Shown one piece after another: positions 23,506 to 34,868 of a stretch of DNA of 64,000 nt. Position numbers and translations under genes: made by a program. Position 1 is the first letter of the stretch; every line of letters starts with the position of its first letter. This DNA is from Ascoidea asiatica JCM 7603. Lineage: Eukaryota; Fungi; Ascomycota. The stretch lies in contig BCKQ01000013.1 of the NCBI GenBank assembly GCA_001600695.1, forward strand, positions 351,989 through 415,988, in the 5' to 3' direction. A model generated the notes under the pieces. That model worked only from the letters and a program-made list of their open reading frames with translations. It ran no database searches and was not told the origin of the DNA.

Positions 23506-23828
23506 ACCTTCAATATCAATTTTCAACAACTTTAAAGATCTTCTTGAAATGAAACATACATAAACAACTATAAAAATAGCCAAAAACCTTTCAAAAATAC
23601 ACTTAATTTCATTGTGCTTATCTTCTTTCAAGACTTATTTCTATATTCTGTATTCTTTATTTTCACTTACATATCTTCATTTCACTTCACTTCACTTTAT
23701 TTCATTTCATTTCAGATCATATAATATCATTTCACTTCATTTTATCTTATTTTTTATTCACTTAATTCATTTAATGAAATCAAAAAGAACAATAAAATAA
23801 AAAAATTGATTAAAATCGAAAAAAAAAA

Positions 23829-26726
23829 ATGAAATTTTCTCATTCTTTAAAATTTAATGCTGTTCCTGAATGGTCTTCAAAATATTTATCATATTCTTCT
23901 TTAAAAAAATTAATTTATAATTTACAAAGAGAATCTTTATTAAATTCTTCTCCAAACTCTTCTTCAAATGATTTAAATCATTCAATTACTCAAATTAATT
24001 CAAATCATGAAAATACTTCTCTTTTAAATAATACTAACAATAATAATGATAATTATAATAATAATAATGATAATGATATTAATAAAAAAAAATCTCCAGA
24101 AGATATTTTTAAAAATGTTTTAGATGAAGAATTAATTAAAATTAATAATTTTTATAAAGAAAAAGAATCTTCTTTATTTAATGATTCTGATACTTTAATT
24201 AATGATATTAATGATTATTTAAATAAATTAAATTTAAAAAAAATTAAATTAAAAGAAAGAAATAATATCTCCAATACTAATAATAATAATAATATTAATA
24301 ATAATAATAATAATAATAATGTAAATAATAATATAATTAATAATAATCAACAACAAAGATCAAACTTAAATTCAATTTCAAATTCTCCTATAAATAATGA
24401 TTTATCAACATCTCCTTCTCTTTTAAACTTAAATAAATTATCAAAAGAAAGAGAAATTAAATTATCTTCAAAAATTCCTTCTGTTACTTTTGATGATTCT
24501 TTTGAAAATTTAATTCAAGATTATGAATCAAATAAATTTTCAAAATTAAAAACAAGTTTAAATTCATATTCAAATTCAAATTCAAATTCAAATTCAAAAC
24601 AAATTTTAAATTCAATTCCTCATACAAATTCAAATGATAATATTTCAATATCTTCTTCAACTATTTTAAATGATATTAATGATCCATTTTTAATATTATC
24701 TGATTTAAGAATAACTTTGAAAAAAAGATGTATATTATTATATACTTCTTTAAATGAATTAAATTCTTTTATTGAATTAAATAAAACTGGTTATAATAAA
24801 ATTTTAAAAAAATTTGATAAATCTTTAAATTCAAATTTAAAAAAAACTTATTTAAATTCAAATTTTTTTAAAAATTCTTATATTTTTAAACAATTAACTT
24901 CAAAAATTTTAAATAATTATATTAATAAAATTATTTCAAATTATTCTTTAATTTCAACTAATGGTGATTTTAAATTAAGTAAAAATGAATTAAAATTACA
25001 TTTAAGAGAACATTTAATTTGGGAAAGAAATACTGTTTGGAGAGATATGATTGGTATCGAAAGAAAAACTCAAGCAACAACTGCTAATAATAAAATTCCA
25101 TTTAATTTTAAATTTCATAATTTTTTAACTAATAGTAATAATAATAATAATGATAATGATGATGATGAACTTAATGTAACTAATAATTTTCATTATGGCA
25201 CAACTTCAAATAATAATTTGAATAATACTGATCAATTTTCAAATGATATAAATGAATTAATTGAATTTAAAAATTTAAATCAAGTTTCTGAAATTTTTTT
25301 AAAAGATTTATTAAAATTTTTATTTACTGGAAATTCATTAAAATTAATTATTATTACTTCAATTACAATAATTTTATTAAATTTTTCTCCCTTTGAAGAA
25401 GTTGAACAAAAAAATTGTTTTGCATTATTAATTTGTTCTTCTTTGTTATGGGCAACTGAAGCAATGCCATTATTTGTAACTTCAATTTTAATTCCTTTAT
25501 TAATAATTATTTTAAAAGTTTTAAAAAATGAAAATGGTGAACCAATGACTGCTGTTGATTCTTCAAAATATATTTTTAGTACAATGTGGTCAAGTGTTAT
25601 AATGATATTATTAGGTGGATTTTCTCTAGCTGCCGCCTTATCTAAATATTCAATAACTAAAATTGTTTCAACTTATGTTTTATCTCAAGCTGGTACTAAT
25701 CCAAAAATCGTTTTATTAACCATAATGTTTGTAGCTCTATTTGTTGCAATGTGGGTAAGTAATGTGGCTTCTCCAGTTTTATGTTATTCAATTGTTCAAC
25801 CTTTATTGAGAACTTTACCTCCAAATTCTCAATTTGCTAAAGCATTAATATTAGGTATTGCTTTTGCTTCTAATATTGGTGGGATGGCATCTCCTATTGC
25901 TTCTCCCCAAAATATTATTGCTATTGAATCAATGGATCCTGCTCCAACATGGGGTCAGTGGTTCGTAATTTCTTTACCAGTTTCAATTTTATCTGTTGTT
26001 ATGATTTGGATTGTGTTGCTTATAACTTTTCCAGATGAAAAGGGTAAACGTACAAAACTAGTTCAAATTAGAGTTGTTGATGAAAAATTTAGTTTTGTTC
26101 AATGGTATATTACTATAGTTTCTGTTGGTACTATATTATTATGGTGCTTGGCTCATCAACTAGAATCATTCTTTGGTGAAATGGGTGCAATTGCCATAAT
26201 TCCTATGGTTTTATTTTTTGGTACAGGACTTTTGACCTCCGAAGACTTCAATAACTTTCTTTGGACTATTGTAATGCTTGCAATGGGTGGTATAGCGTTA
26301 GGGAAAGCAGTTTCGTCTTCAGGACTATTATCAACCATTGCCCTTACCATTCAATACTCAGTGAAAGATTTTCCTCTCTATGGTATATGTTTAATTTTTG
26401 GACTATTAATTTTAGTTGTTGCTACTTTTGTGTCACATACTGTTGCTGCTTTAATTATTTTGCCATTAGTTAAGGAAATTGGAAATTCATTGCCTGAACC
26501 ACATTCTAGGTTATTGGTCATGATTTGTGCTCTTTTATGCTCAGGTGCAATGGGATTACCCACTTCTGGTTTCCCAAATGTGACTGCCATATGTATGACT
26601 GATGATCTAGGCAAACCATATTTAAGTGTATCGACCTTCATCACTAGAGGTGTGCCAATATCCTTTTTTACATATACAATTGTGGTGACAGTAGGTTATT
26701 CTATTATGAGAATAATTAGTTTTTAA
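23829..26726 (+). CDS. PHO91: SPX-domain low-affinity (vacuolar) phosphate transporter Pho91
   Basis: SPX start MKFSHSLKFNAVPEWSSKYLSYSSLKKLIY, LREHLIWERNTVWRDMI, and SLC13-type membrane domain (SNIGGMASPIASPQN, GLPTSGFPN). Confidence 0.92.
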   Translation: MKFSHSLKFNAVPEWSSKYLSYSSLKKLIYNLQRESLLNSSPNSSSNDLNHSITQINSNHENTSLLNNTNNNNDNYNNNNDNDINKKKSPEDIFKNVLDEELIKINNFYKEKESSLFNDSDTLINDINDYLNKLNLKKIKLKERNNISNTNNNNNINNNNNNNNVNNNIINNNQQQRSNLNSISNSPINNDLSTSPSLLNLNKLSKEREIKLSSKIPSVTFDDSFENLIQDYESNKFSKLKTSLNSYSNSNSNSNSKQILNSIPHTNSNDNISISSSTILNDINDPFLILSDLRITLKKRCILLYTSLNELNSFIELNKTGYNKILKKFDKSLNSNLKKTYLNSNFFKNSYIFKQLTSKILNNYINKIISNYSLISTNGDFKLSKNELKLHLREHLIWERNTVWRDMIGIERKTQATTANNKIPFNFKFHNFLTNSNNNNNDNDDDELNVTNNFHYGTTSNNNLNNTDQFSNDINELIEFKNLNQVSEIFLKDLLKFLFTGNSLKLIIITSITIILLNFSPFEEVEQKNCFALLICSSLLWATEAMPLFVTSILIPLLIIILKVLKNENGEPMTAVDSSKYIFSTMWSSVIMILLGGFSLAAALSKYSITKIVSTYVLSQAGTNPKIVLLTIMFVALFVAMWVSNVASPVLCYSIVQPLLRTLPPNSQFAKALILGIAFASNIGGMASPIASPQNIIAIESMDPAPTWGQWFVISLPVSILSVVMIWIVLLITFPDEKGKRTKLVQIRVVDEKFSFVQWYITIVSVGTILLWCLAHQLESFFGEMGAIAIIPMVLFFGTGLLTSEDFNNFLWTIVMLAMGGIALGKAVSSSGLLSTIALTIQYSVKDFPLYGICLIFGLLILVVATFVSHTVAALIILPLVKEIGNSLPEPHSRLLVMICALLCSGAMGLPTSGFPNVTAICMTDDLGKPYLSVSTFITRGVPISFFTYTIVVTVGYSIMRIISF

Positions 26727-27360
26727 TTTCAACATTTGTTTTACTTTTGAATTTTTATGATTATCATTTTTATAAATGTTTGTATTTTCCTATAGACTTT
26801 CATTATTTCTCTTTTATAACTTCCTATTTTTTTAAGGTGAGAAACTACTTTCCCTAATTTAATAATTTGAGAAGCCGGTAGAAACTAACTACTATATCAT
26901 TATTTTTTTAGATTGTATCTTTTATCAATGCATTTTCATTTTTTCAAAATCATACAAATGCGACTTTCACTCTATGGGCAATTAATATCAATATTCTGTT
27001 ATTTTCAAAATGCCTATTCACTACTTTTCCAATGTAAAATTCGCTTTAAAAATCAAGGTTTATCTATTAAGAAGAAAACAAATTTAAAAGTATTAAGGTA
27101 TAAAATAAGTAACTAAAGGTTTAAGAGACATCCAAAGAGTGACACCAGAAACGAATCAATGAAATATAAAAAAGAAAAAATTTTGCAGCCAAAAAAGTTT
27201 CATAAACAAAAAATGTATCATAACGGTAAAAAAAAATCTTGAAAAGAAAATAATATAATAAAAAATAGTCGTCACTCATTGTGTTATTAACGAAAGCTTT
27301 CAACAGCATGAAATAAATAAGAATTATCAAATCCAAAATAAAGAAAAGCTAATGTTTTCC

Positions 27361-29505
27361 TTAATGATTAACGGGAATAAAATTTCCAACTATGCAGCTG
27401 GGAATATTATATCTATCTCTTCTAATTGTAAAGCTAAAGCAGCAAGATTTTTTTTTACGTCCATCCTTTGTTCTTAAATTGCAGCTTGTTAAGACAGCCT
27501 TTTGACCCTTATCAAAAGCTATTGCTCCATATTTTTCCCAAAAATTGACAGCACTCTCTTCGCTCATTAACTCATAAATAGTTAATTTTCCCTTTTTCAA
27601 ATCATCCGTATGAACTTCAACAAGACTTGCAAATTCTTTGTTGCCTCTATATATTTCCCCTGTTCTTCTCCAAAGACATGCAGGAATTGCCATACTTGTA
27701 AAAACTCTATCATAATCTAATAACATGCGTTCAAAATTTTCTTCCACTATAACCAAATCTACATCTTTCAATGTTTTTGCGATAGCTCTAAATGCGGGTC
27801 TGAAAATACATAAAGGTTTTAAAATTCTTTGTCGGGATGACTGATTCATAAAATCGTCCATATAAGATTGCAACCTAGAGTAACCCTTTGCATAATTATA
27901 TGGATGTAATAGACCAGCTTCCAACTTTGCATTAATAACTTCTTTTAGTCTTTCTTCAGGAGAAATTTCAACTGAAGGATCAGCAGCTGTAAGAAAAAAC
28001 TGATTTTTAAAATTTTCATTTATTAAAGTTTGGCTTAACTTATTTTTTATTGAAGGCGAACTTTGTCTTTGATTCTCATTAGTAACTTCGTTTGTTTTAT
28101 GAGAAACGATACACATATTACTAACTTTCTGTTCCTCCAATTTTGATATACCCGAAGGAACCAGACGTTTTTCATTGTTCAAACCATATTGAGGATTTGT
28201 TTTAGAATCTGTATTTTGCTCTATATTAGAGCTGGAGTTATTAATACTAAACCCATCACTTGGCCTATTGAAATTATTTGATAAGCCAGGATCATCGATC
28301 ATTTTTAAAAATTCGTTAATAGAAGCAAATTCTGAATTGAGATGCTCAGAATAAAAGAAAGGCTGAAAAGAGTTTAAGTTACTAGAGATATTATCACTAC
28401 TGTTGAGTATTCCTTTATAAGCGTATGAATTAAGGTAATTATCATTATTGTTATTACTATTATTTGAACATACATTAATGTTGTTTTCGGAATTACCGTT
28501 AAAGAACTCATTCAATAAACTATTGGGAACTAGATTATTGATCGAATTACTCTGATTGAAAGATTGATACTTTCCTGCAGTGGGATCCTGATTTAGAGTT
28601 CTAATAACTGATTGACCCATGGGTAGACCCATTATTTGATTCACAGATATACTCTGCGATTGACTTGCCAATATTTTGTTTGATTGGTCGAATGACAGAA
28701 TGAATGGTTGACTTTCTGAAAAATGATCGATTGTAGACTCTTTAGAAATATCACCATCCATTAAGGTACTATCCTCATTCATATTAGACAAACCACTTTC
28801 ATTCAATATATGTCGTTTTGAAGATCTGTTAGAGGTTCGAGAAGCATATAACCCATCTTGAGCATGTGAAGGACATATACCACCTGTATTTGACGCAAAG
28901 TTAATATTGCTTACATTATGATTATCTTCTAATGAAGAGTCTAAATCAAGAGAAGGCGGGGCAGTTATAGTAGTAACAGACTGAGGTATGTTGAAAGTAT
29001 TAGTTGGCTGAATATTATCAGTAGATTTTTGAGTATAATCTTTTGGAACACCTTCATTAGTATTACTAATTTCGGTGATTACTTTTGAATTATTAGCAGT
29101 TTTATACAAAGTCATATCTTTAAAATCCGAATTTGAAAAAATCATTGATTTACTGTTACTCTTGATGAACGTCTTCTGTCTGGTACTAATTAACTCGTCA
29201 TGACATAAATGCCCAATATTTCTTTTAAGACATCTTAAGCATGGCCTTTTATCTTCACATATCATATGGGATCTTCTACAATAAACACAAGCCATTTGCA
29301 CTTTTCTTTTTTTCTTTTTAGAATTGCTTACGGATTTTCCCATGACTTTTGAAGTTTTGTCAGATTCTGACATTACAGCAGAATTGACTGAAAGAGATGA
29401 TTTTAAATTTAAAGAGACACAAGATGTCAAGGATTTATCTGTAATCTTGAATTCTGAGATAATACTCTCATTTTTACTATCTTTGAAAAAGTCTAATCTT
29501 TTCAT
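27361..29505 (-). CDS. RDS2: Zn(II)2Cys6 transcription factor Rds2 with C-terminal PAS-like domain
   Basis: ACVYCRRSHMICEDKRPCLRCLKRNIGHLC zinc cluster and conserved C-terminus FFLTAADPS...CFSFTIRRDRYNIPSCIVGNFIP. The first in-frame ATG is at 29505; the track start is a TTG. Confidence 0.9.
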   Translation of the reverse strand: MKRLDFFKDSKNESIISEFKITDKSLTSCVSLNLKSSLSVNSAVMSESDKTSKVMGKSVSNSKKKKRKVQMACVYCRRSHMICEDKRPCLRCLKRNIGHLCHDELISTRQKTFIKSNSKSMIFSNSDFKDMTLYKTANNSKVITEISNTNEGVPKDYTQKSTDNIQPTNTFNIPQSVTTITAPPSLDLDSSLEDNHNVSNINFASNTGGICPSHAQDGLYASRTSNRSSKRHILNESGLSNMNEDSTLMDGDISKESTIDHFSESQPFILSFDQSNKILASQSQSISVNQIMGLPMGQSVIRTLNQDPTAGKYQSFNQSNSINNLVPNSLLNEFFNGNSENNINVCSNNSNNNNDNYLNSYAYKGILNSSDNISSNLNSFQPFFYSEHLNSEFASINEFLKMIDDPGLSNNFNRPSDGFSINNSSSNIEQNTDSKTNPQYGLNNEKRLVPSGISKLEEQKVSNMCIVSHKTNEVTNENQRQSSPSIKNKLSQTLINENFKNQFFLTAADPSVEISPEERLKEVINAKLEAGLLHPYNYAKGYSRLQSYMDDFMNQSSRQRILKPLCIFRPAFRAIAKTLKDVDLVIVEENFERMLLDYDRVFTSMAIPACLWRRTGEIYRGNKEFASLVEVHTDDLKKGKLTIYELMSEESAVNFWEKYGAIAFDKGQKAVLTSCNLRTKDGRKKKSCCFSFTIRRDRYNIPSCIVGNFIPVNH

Positions 29506-30289
29506 TTTTTTTTTGAGCAATTTGAATTACCTTTCTATGAAACAGCACTGCAAGTCTTTAACACATCAAACAAAAGTGTAGATATATTTACTACCAAAAC
29601 ACAGGGGTCATTAGTTCTGTCTTTAGAGCAGATTCAAAATTGAGTGAGCTAATATTTAACCAGTTTAAGGTGATGAACAGCAACTAGGGAAATATAATCA
29701 CACTATGTAAGGATTAGTACAATATCCACCAAATGAATGCACAAATTTTTATTAAAAGCTAAGCTTTACAAAACACAATCATAACTTTTTTGCAAGAGGT
29801 CCTAAAGAACTTCAGTCTCAGACTCAATAACAAAAATCTCTAATTTCTGGTAAACATATGTTAATACATTCGAAAACTGTAGCTCCAAATTAAAGTAATT
29901 TTTCTCCAAGACACGTGATAAACTTTTTAGAAGCTATTAGCCTAAGGCACCATCAATTATTCCACACTTTTATGCACGGTTGGGGTAAAATGAGGTGTGC
30001 GTGATGCTGCATTAATACTTACCCTGCTTCTACATCTAAAAAAATATGTCATTATTATTAAAAAGATATCACACTCAAATTATAAACACTTGATAATTAA
30101 AACATAAAATTTATAAACGTTTTATTGAACGTACGGGACACGTTGACAGAAACGGCTCTTGAAACATTTATGACCTCATCAACTACAATAGACAATTAGG
30201 GTAATTTTTTAAAGAATTTTATTTTATTTTTAATAAAAAGTTACCTCCTTATTTTTTAATTTTTTAATAATTTGTTTTTATTTTTTTGC

Positions 30290-31620
30290 CATTTTTGTAA
30301 TACATATTTGGATCACTTGCATATAGGATACTGCATCAGTGATTTATTTTTATTTTTCAATACTTTTTTGTACCCCAAAAATGTATTTTTAGATACATTT
30401 TTGTGTTAGTTTTAGTATTATCATACACTTTTGGGTTACCTTATAATCCCACAATAATGCCGTGTTTCATTTTGTTTTCATGATACATATTGTCATCATT
30501 ATCCCAGCGGTTTACATTTTGAATATGTTATTGTACTGTTGTGATACAGTGTTGTATTATTGTCAACTTTTATGAAAAGTAATTAAGTTCAGATTTACTC
30601 TGTGTTCTTTTTTTTTTAAATGTTATTCTTATTATCAAATCAATTTTTACACATAAATTAATGGAAGGATTGCATCATCTACCTCAGTCATTCGCATTCA
30701 AGTTTGGAAAACATGATGTCCACTAGTCACATATTGCTCCAGAATTTCACATTTACATTGGGATGTTAATGAGACTTTGATTCATAGCTTTGCGTTTTCA
30801 ATTCAAACCATTTGTTTAACTCGCATAACCGATAGCGGCAATAATTCCCCTATCACATGTTCGTTTGTCAATGTTGACTTATGAGGTTCGACTGAAGATA
30901 ATTTCTTTTCATATAAAGGAAAAATCACATTTGATTAAACTATTAAAAATGTAAAGTTTGATTAAATTATTTTCGTCCCGCTAAAATTGAAATGCTTAAG
31001 ACTAACATATATAGTTCAATTATTTATTTTCCTTTCGATCGTCATATTCAATCAACAAAGTTTATATTTATTTCGCATTCAATTTTACTTCCAGCCAGTC
31101 AATATCAATTAAATTATCAAAAACAAATTCCCGGAACTATTTTTGAATCGTCCTAGAAACACATGAATATAACAGATAATCAAATATTAATTCACATTAT
31201 CATTGATCATCATCAAAACTCAATAATCTTGGAGCAGCACAATGGAGCTAGGAATTATTACTCAAAAAGGTATTACGTCATCAATTTATAATATTGTCAA
31301 AAATGAACTGGAGGAAGAAATACGATTCCTTAGCCGTCCTCCCCGTATTACGGTATACAAAATTTAAATAATAAAATTTACAATAGGAAAGCCAAATCCG
31401 AAATTGGAAAAATTTTAATTCATCCAACAAAGTAAACTGATAATGTTTTTCACATTTTTTTTGTTGAATCCAATGGACAGGTTCTATGAAAATTGAGTAA
31501 TGTAGCAAAATTAAAGGTAAGTATCATAACATTTCCACCCGAGGTTCGAAAAGATATTTCCTAAATTTTATTTAGTAATTGAGGTTTCAGTAGAATCTGA
31601 TTCAGATGAGCTTATTATGG
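30290..31620 (-). mobile_element. Probable old piggyBac transposase relic
   Basis: Correctly ordered degenerate motifs on the minus strand: IDDVITFLS (about 31280), FVFDNL (about 31120), SNM*LVDIM (about 30720, cf. YNxxMGGVD), then R*MMQSF..FM and a Cys-containing tail. Many stops, so the call is weak. Confidence 0.35.
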
Positions 31621-32094
31621 TAAATTAAATTAATTTTCTATTTGTTTCTACTTCTTTTTTGTTTATTATTATTTATTAATATTTATTACTATTTATTACT
31701 ATTTATTATTATTCATTATTATTTATCACTATATACTACATTGTTTTTTATATAAATATGCCCAAAATATCTTTTTTTTTTATTTCAACTTTAGTTTTAT
31801 TTTTATAAGGTTACCAATTCTTTATTCTTAATAAATATTAAATTGTTTTTTAAGTGAATATCAGTGGTTATATTTTTATTAATATACATCCATAGCCAGT
31901 GTTTAAAAGTTAGGTTAAGATATAACCTAACTTTTAGACTGCTAAAATTCATAACTTCATCCACCTAACTTTTCACGTGCCTAAAAAAAATTGCTAAGAA
32001 CGACTTCGAACGCTCTCAATCACTCGCTCAGCTGAAAGTGATTGCCACCACGTCATATCCTAACCAACAAATAAAAAGCAAAAAGCTTCATTTA

Positions 32095-32193
32095 TAAAGC
32101 AAAAAAAAGCCAAAAAAAAAGAAAGCCACTAACGGGAGGTCGAATCATACACTCCCACCTAGCGGCCGCTCCTTGCCACTACACTAAGGAACG
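32095..32193 (-). ncRNA. tRNA-like Pol III cassette, left copy inside hAT-1 (not a canonical tRNA)
   Basis: Minus strand reads GTTCCT-TAGTGTAGTGG (A box)-CAAGG-AGCGGCCGCT-AGGTGGGAGTGTATG-ATTCGACC-TCCCGTTA followed by T9 and T8 runs. Confidence 0.55.
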
Positions 32194-34766
32194 GTTTACT
32201 GAAATCACAAAAAGATTCCAGTGCTTCAGCCATAGAAAGTCACATGTTCAAAAGCGAAATCTATAGATTCAAATATTTTTGTTGCCATTGTTTTTAATAA
32301 AATAGTGTTATTTATATTAATAATCTAATATAGAAGCTACGATTTTTTTCAAAGTAAAAATCAAGCTACTTATTACTAATTCCTCTATTCAAATGGCCCA
32401 ATGGATTTACCAAAATTTCACCAAAAAAAATTACGAAAGATCAGAGCTTCCACAAAAGTTTACTGATCAAAAACCATCCTCAATTTTTAAGTTCAAATGT
32501 GGCTCGTGGCAAATAAATTATTTTGTAAACAGTTCTGTTGGGTATCAAGCTCCCATCAAACATGCAAAAGCTAGGCATAAAATCAGAAAATCATCTCCTC
32601 AAACAATTCAAAATAACCAAACTTATTTTCAATTATCAACAGCAGTTGCAGAATCAACTAAAATTGCACAATTTAATGGGATATGATTTTTAGAAAATAA
32701 AATTACTCAAACATCCGAAATAAAATTAAAAGAATATCTCCATCCCAAAGAGCAATTTGAAAAGGTTATTGTTAATATTTTTGCACAATGTCATCTTTCA
32801 TTCAACATAGCAAATCATGACTACTCCAAAAATATTTTGGAATTTTGTGGTTGTCCTTTTAAGGTATCTTTCTATAAGTTATCAAAACTTATTATAGACA
32901 GTACGAATTTGATATAGCCAATTAGAAAAATATCATATCAAATGTTGATGGCATTTCTTTAACAACGGATCTTTGGACTTGTCCTTCCAAAACGTCAATG
33001 TTAGGTGTAACAATGCACTTCTTAAATAGTAAACTAAAATCAAAAAAGTTTATTATTGGTTTTAAAAAATTTCATGGTCCACATTCAGGTGCCAATATTG
33101 GTGATGAAATCAAGAGGATAATGATTAATTTTGGTTTAGAAAAAAAATTGGTTATTATTACCGATGATAATGCTTGTAATTATTCTTTAATGTGTAGTTC
33201 TATTGACAAATTTCTAACTTCTGAAGGTTCGAGCTCTTCTATTGCAGCGTTTCTAAGATCGCTGAATAATGGCTCAGTTAGTATTAGATGCTTAAGTCAT
33301 ATTATTAATTTGGTTGGTTCTGATGGCTGTAAAAAATTGTTTGAAGATCATATCACTGAATTTCAAAATGGTGGTGGAGAAGTTAATTCTTTGTTTTCCA
33401 ATTTAAATGCCGAAGAAGTAGAATCTGAAAAAGCTATAGAATCAATTTCTACAGTTGAATCACTACTTCAAAAAGCCAAATATCTAATTAACAACATTTT
33501 GAAGAGTCCACAATCAATTGAAAAATTTGAAGAGATAGTAGAATCTATTTATGATGGTACTAGCAAATCCTGTGGGTGACTTGCAATTGGCAAGAGAAGA
33601 TGGAATTCAATTTATTTATCATTCCAGAGATTTTGTGTTTTCAAAGAAGCTTTTATTGAATTTGCTGCACAAAATTCAAATGATTATCAGCTTTATGATT
33701 CTGACAATAAAAACATTAAACAACTGACAATAAAAACATTACACAATTGTTTGAGGTATTGAAACCATTTTATAATGTAGCAATGGATATCTCTTATGAT
33801 AAAATCTCCATTCATCAAAACAATAGCATTTTGGATCATTTAAAAAGACATCTTGTAAATTGAGATCTTATAATGCAGATGAACATTTTTTACTTAGTTC
33901 AGTCAGCACTATTTACAAACAAATTAGAAAGTATAATAGTGAATTGGTAACAGAAAATTATTTGCTTGGTTTAGCATATATGTTAGCTGGAGTTGGATCA
34001 ATTGAAGAATTTGCTGCTGATAAAAAAGATATGTATAACTATCTTTTAGAAAATTCAAAAGAGTTAATTAGATCAATTCCAGACTAAAAGTTTGCTGAAA
34101 GCTCTAGTATGCTGTCAAGATTGAATTCATTAAATTTTACAGGAAAGCCTATTACTCAAAAAGCTCGCAATTTTAATGAGGTTGATGTTTTTATTGCTGC
34201 TGTCGGTTTTCGTGAACAAGGACCAATTTTTTACCAAAGTCCAGAAATTTTCTGGAAAGAAAATAGAGCTAGATTTCCAAAGTTATTTAAAATTGCCAGA
34301 GTAATTTTTGCTGTTCAAGGTAGTAGTGTTGGAAGTGAGCGGTTGTTTAGTTCTGATTGAATGGTGTACAATTACTTGAGAAATAGTGCTTGCTGTTGAA
34401 AAAGCTGAAAAATTAATTGAAATTTGTATTTCTTCAAAATGAAACTTTGAGGAAGATATTGAGTGGGAAGATTCTGAATCAGAAAATAATACTGACTATG
34501 AATTTGATATGTCATTTGAAATTTAGGTTTGCTTTTACAATCTTATTGAGCTGTTAATTGATTTTATCTTTTTTATTATTTTTGCCTTTTTTTTTTTTTG
34601 TTTTAGTTTTTAAATTATTTTTTAATTAGGTTATAGCTTTATAATAAATGTTTTTTTCGTTCAAATAAATGTTTATCTTTAGTTTAAATTGGTATATGGA
34701 CCTATCGTTACCGAGCTGGTAAATCTGGTTTTAAATGTTTTTAATTGTTAAGGATTTTAGCAATTC

Positions 34767-34868
34767 GTCCCTTAGTGTAGTGGCAAGGAGCACCAGGTGG
34801 TGCGGGGGGGGGGGGGGGTGTACGGTTCGAGCTCCCGTTATCAGTTTTTCTTTTTTTGGCTTTTTTTT
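34767..34868 (+). ncRNA. tRNA-like Pol III cassette, right copy inside hAT-1 (inverted relative to the left copy)
   Basis: GTCCCT-TAGTGTAGTGG-CAAGGA-GCACCAGGTGGTGC-G15-TGTACG-GTTCGAGC-TCCCGTTA followed by T5, T7 and T8 runs; clearly homologous to 32095-32193. Confidence 0.55.

Noticed and set aside
32095-34868. Two bona fide tRNA genes inside hAT-1
   Set aside because: There is no acceptor stem, D stem or 7-nt anticodon loop; only promoter-like boxes and terminators are present, so they are reported as tRNA-like cassettes.
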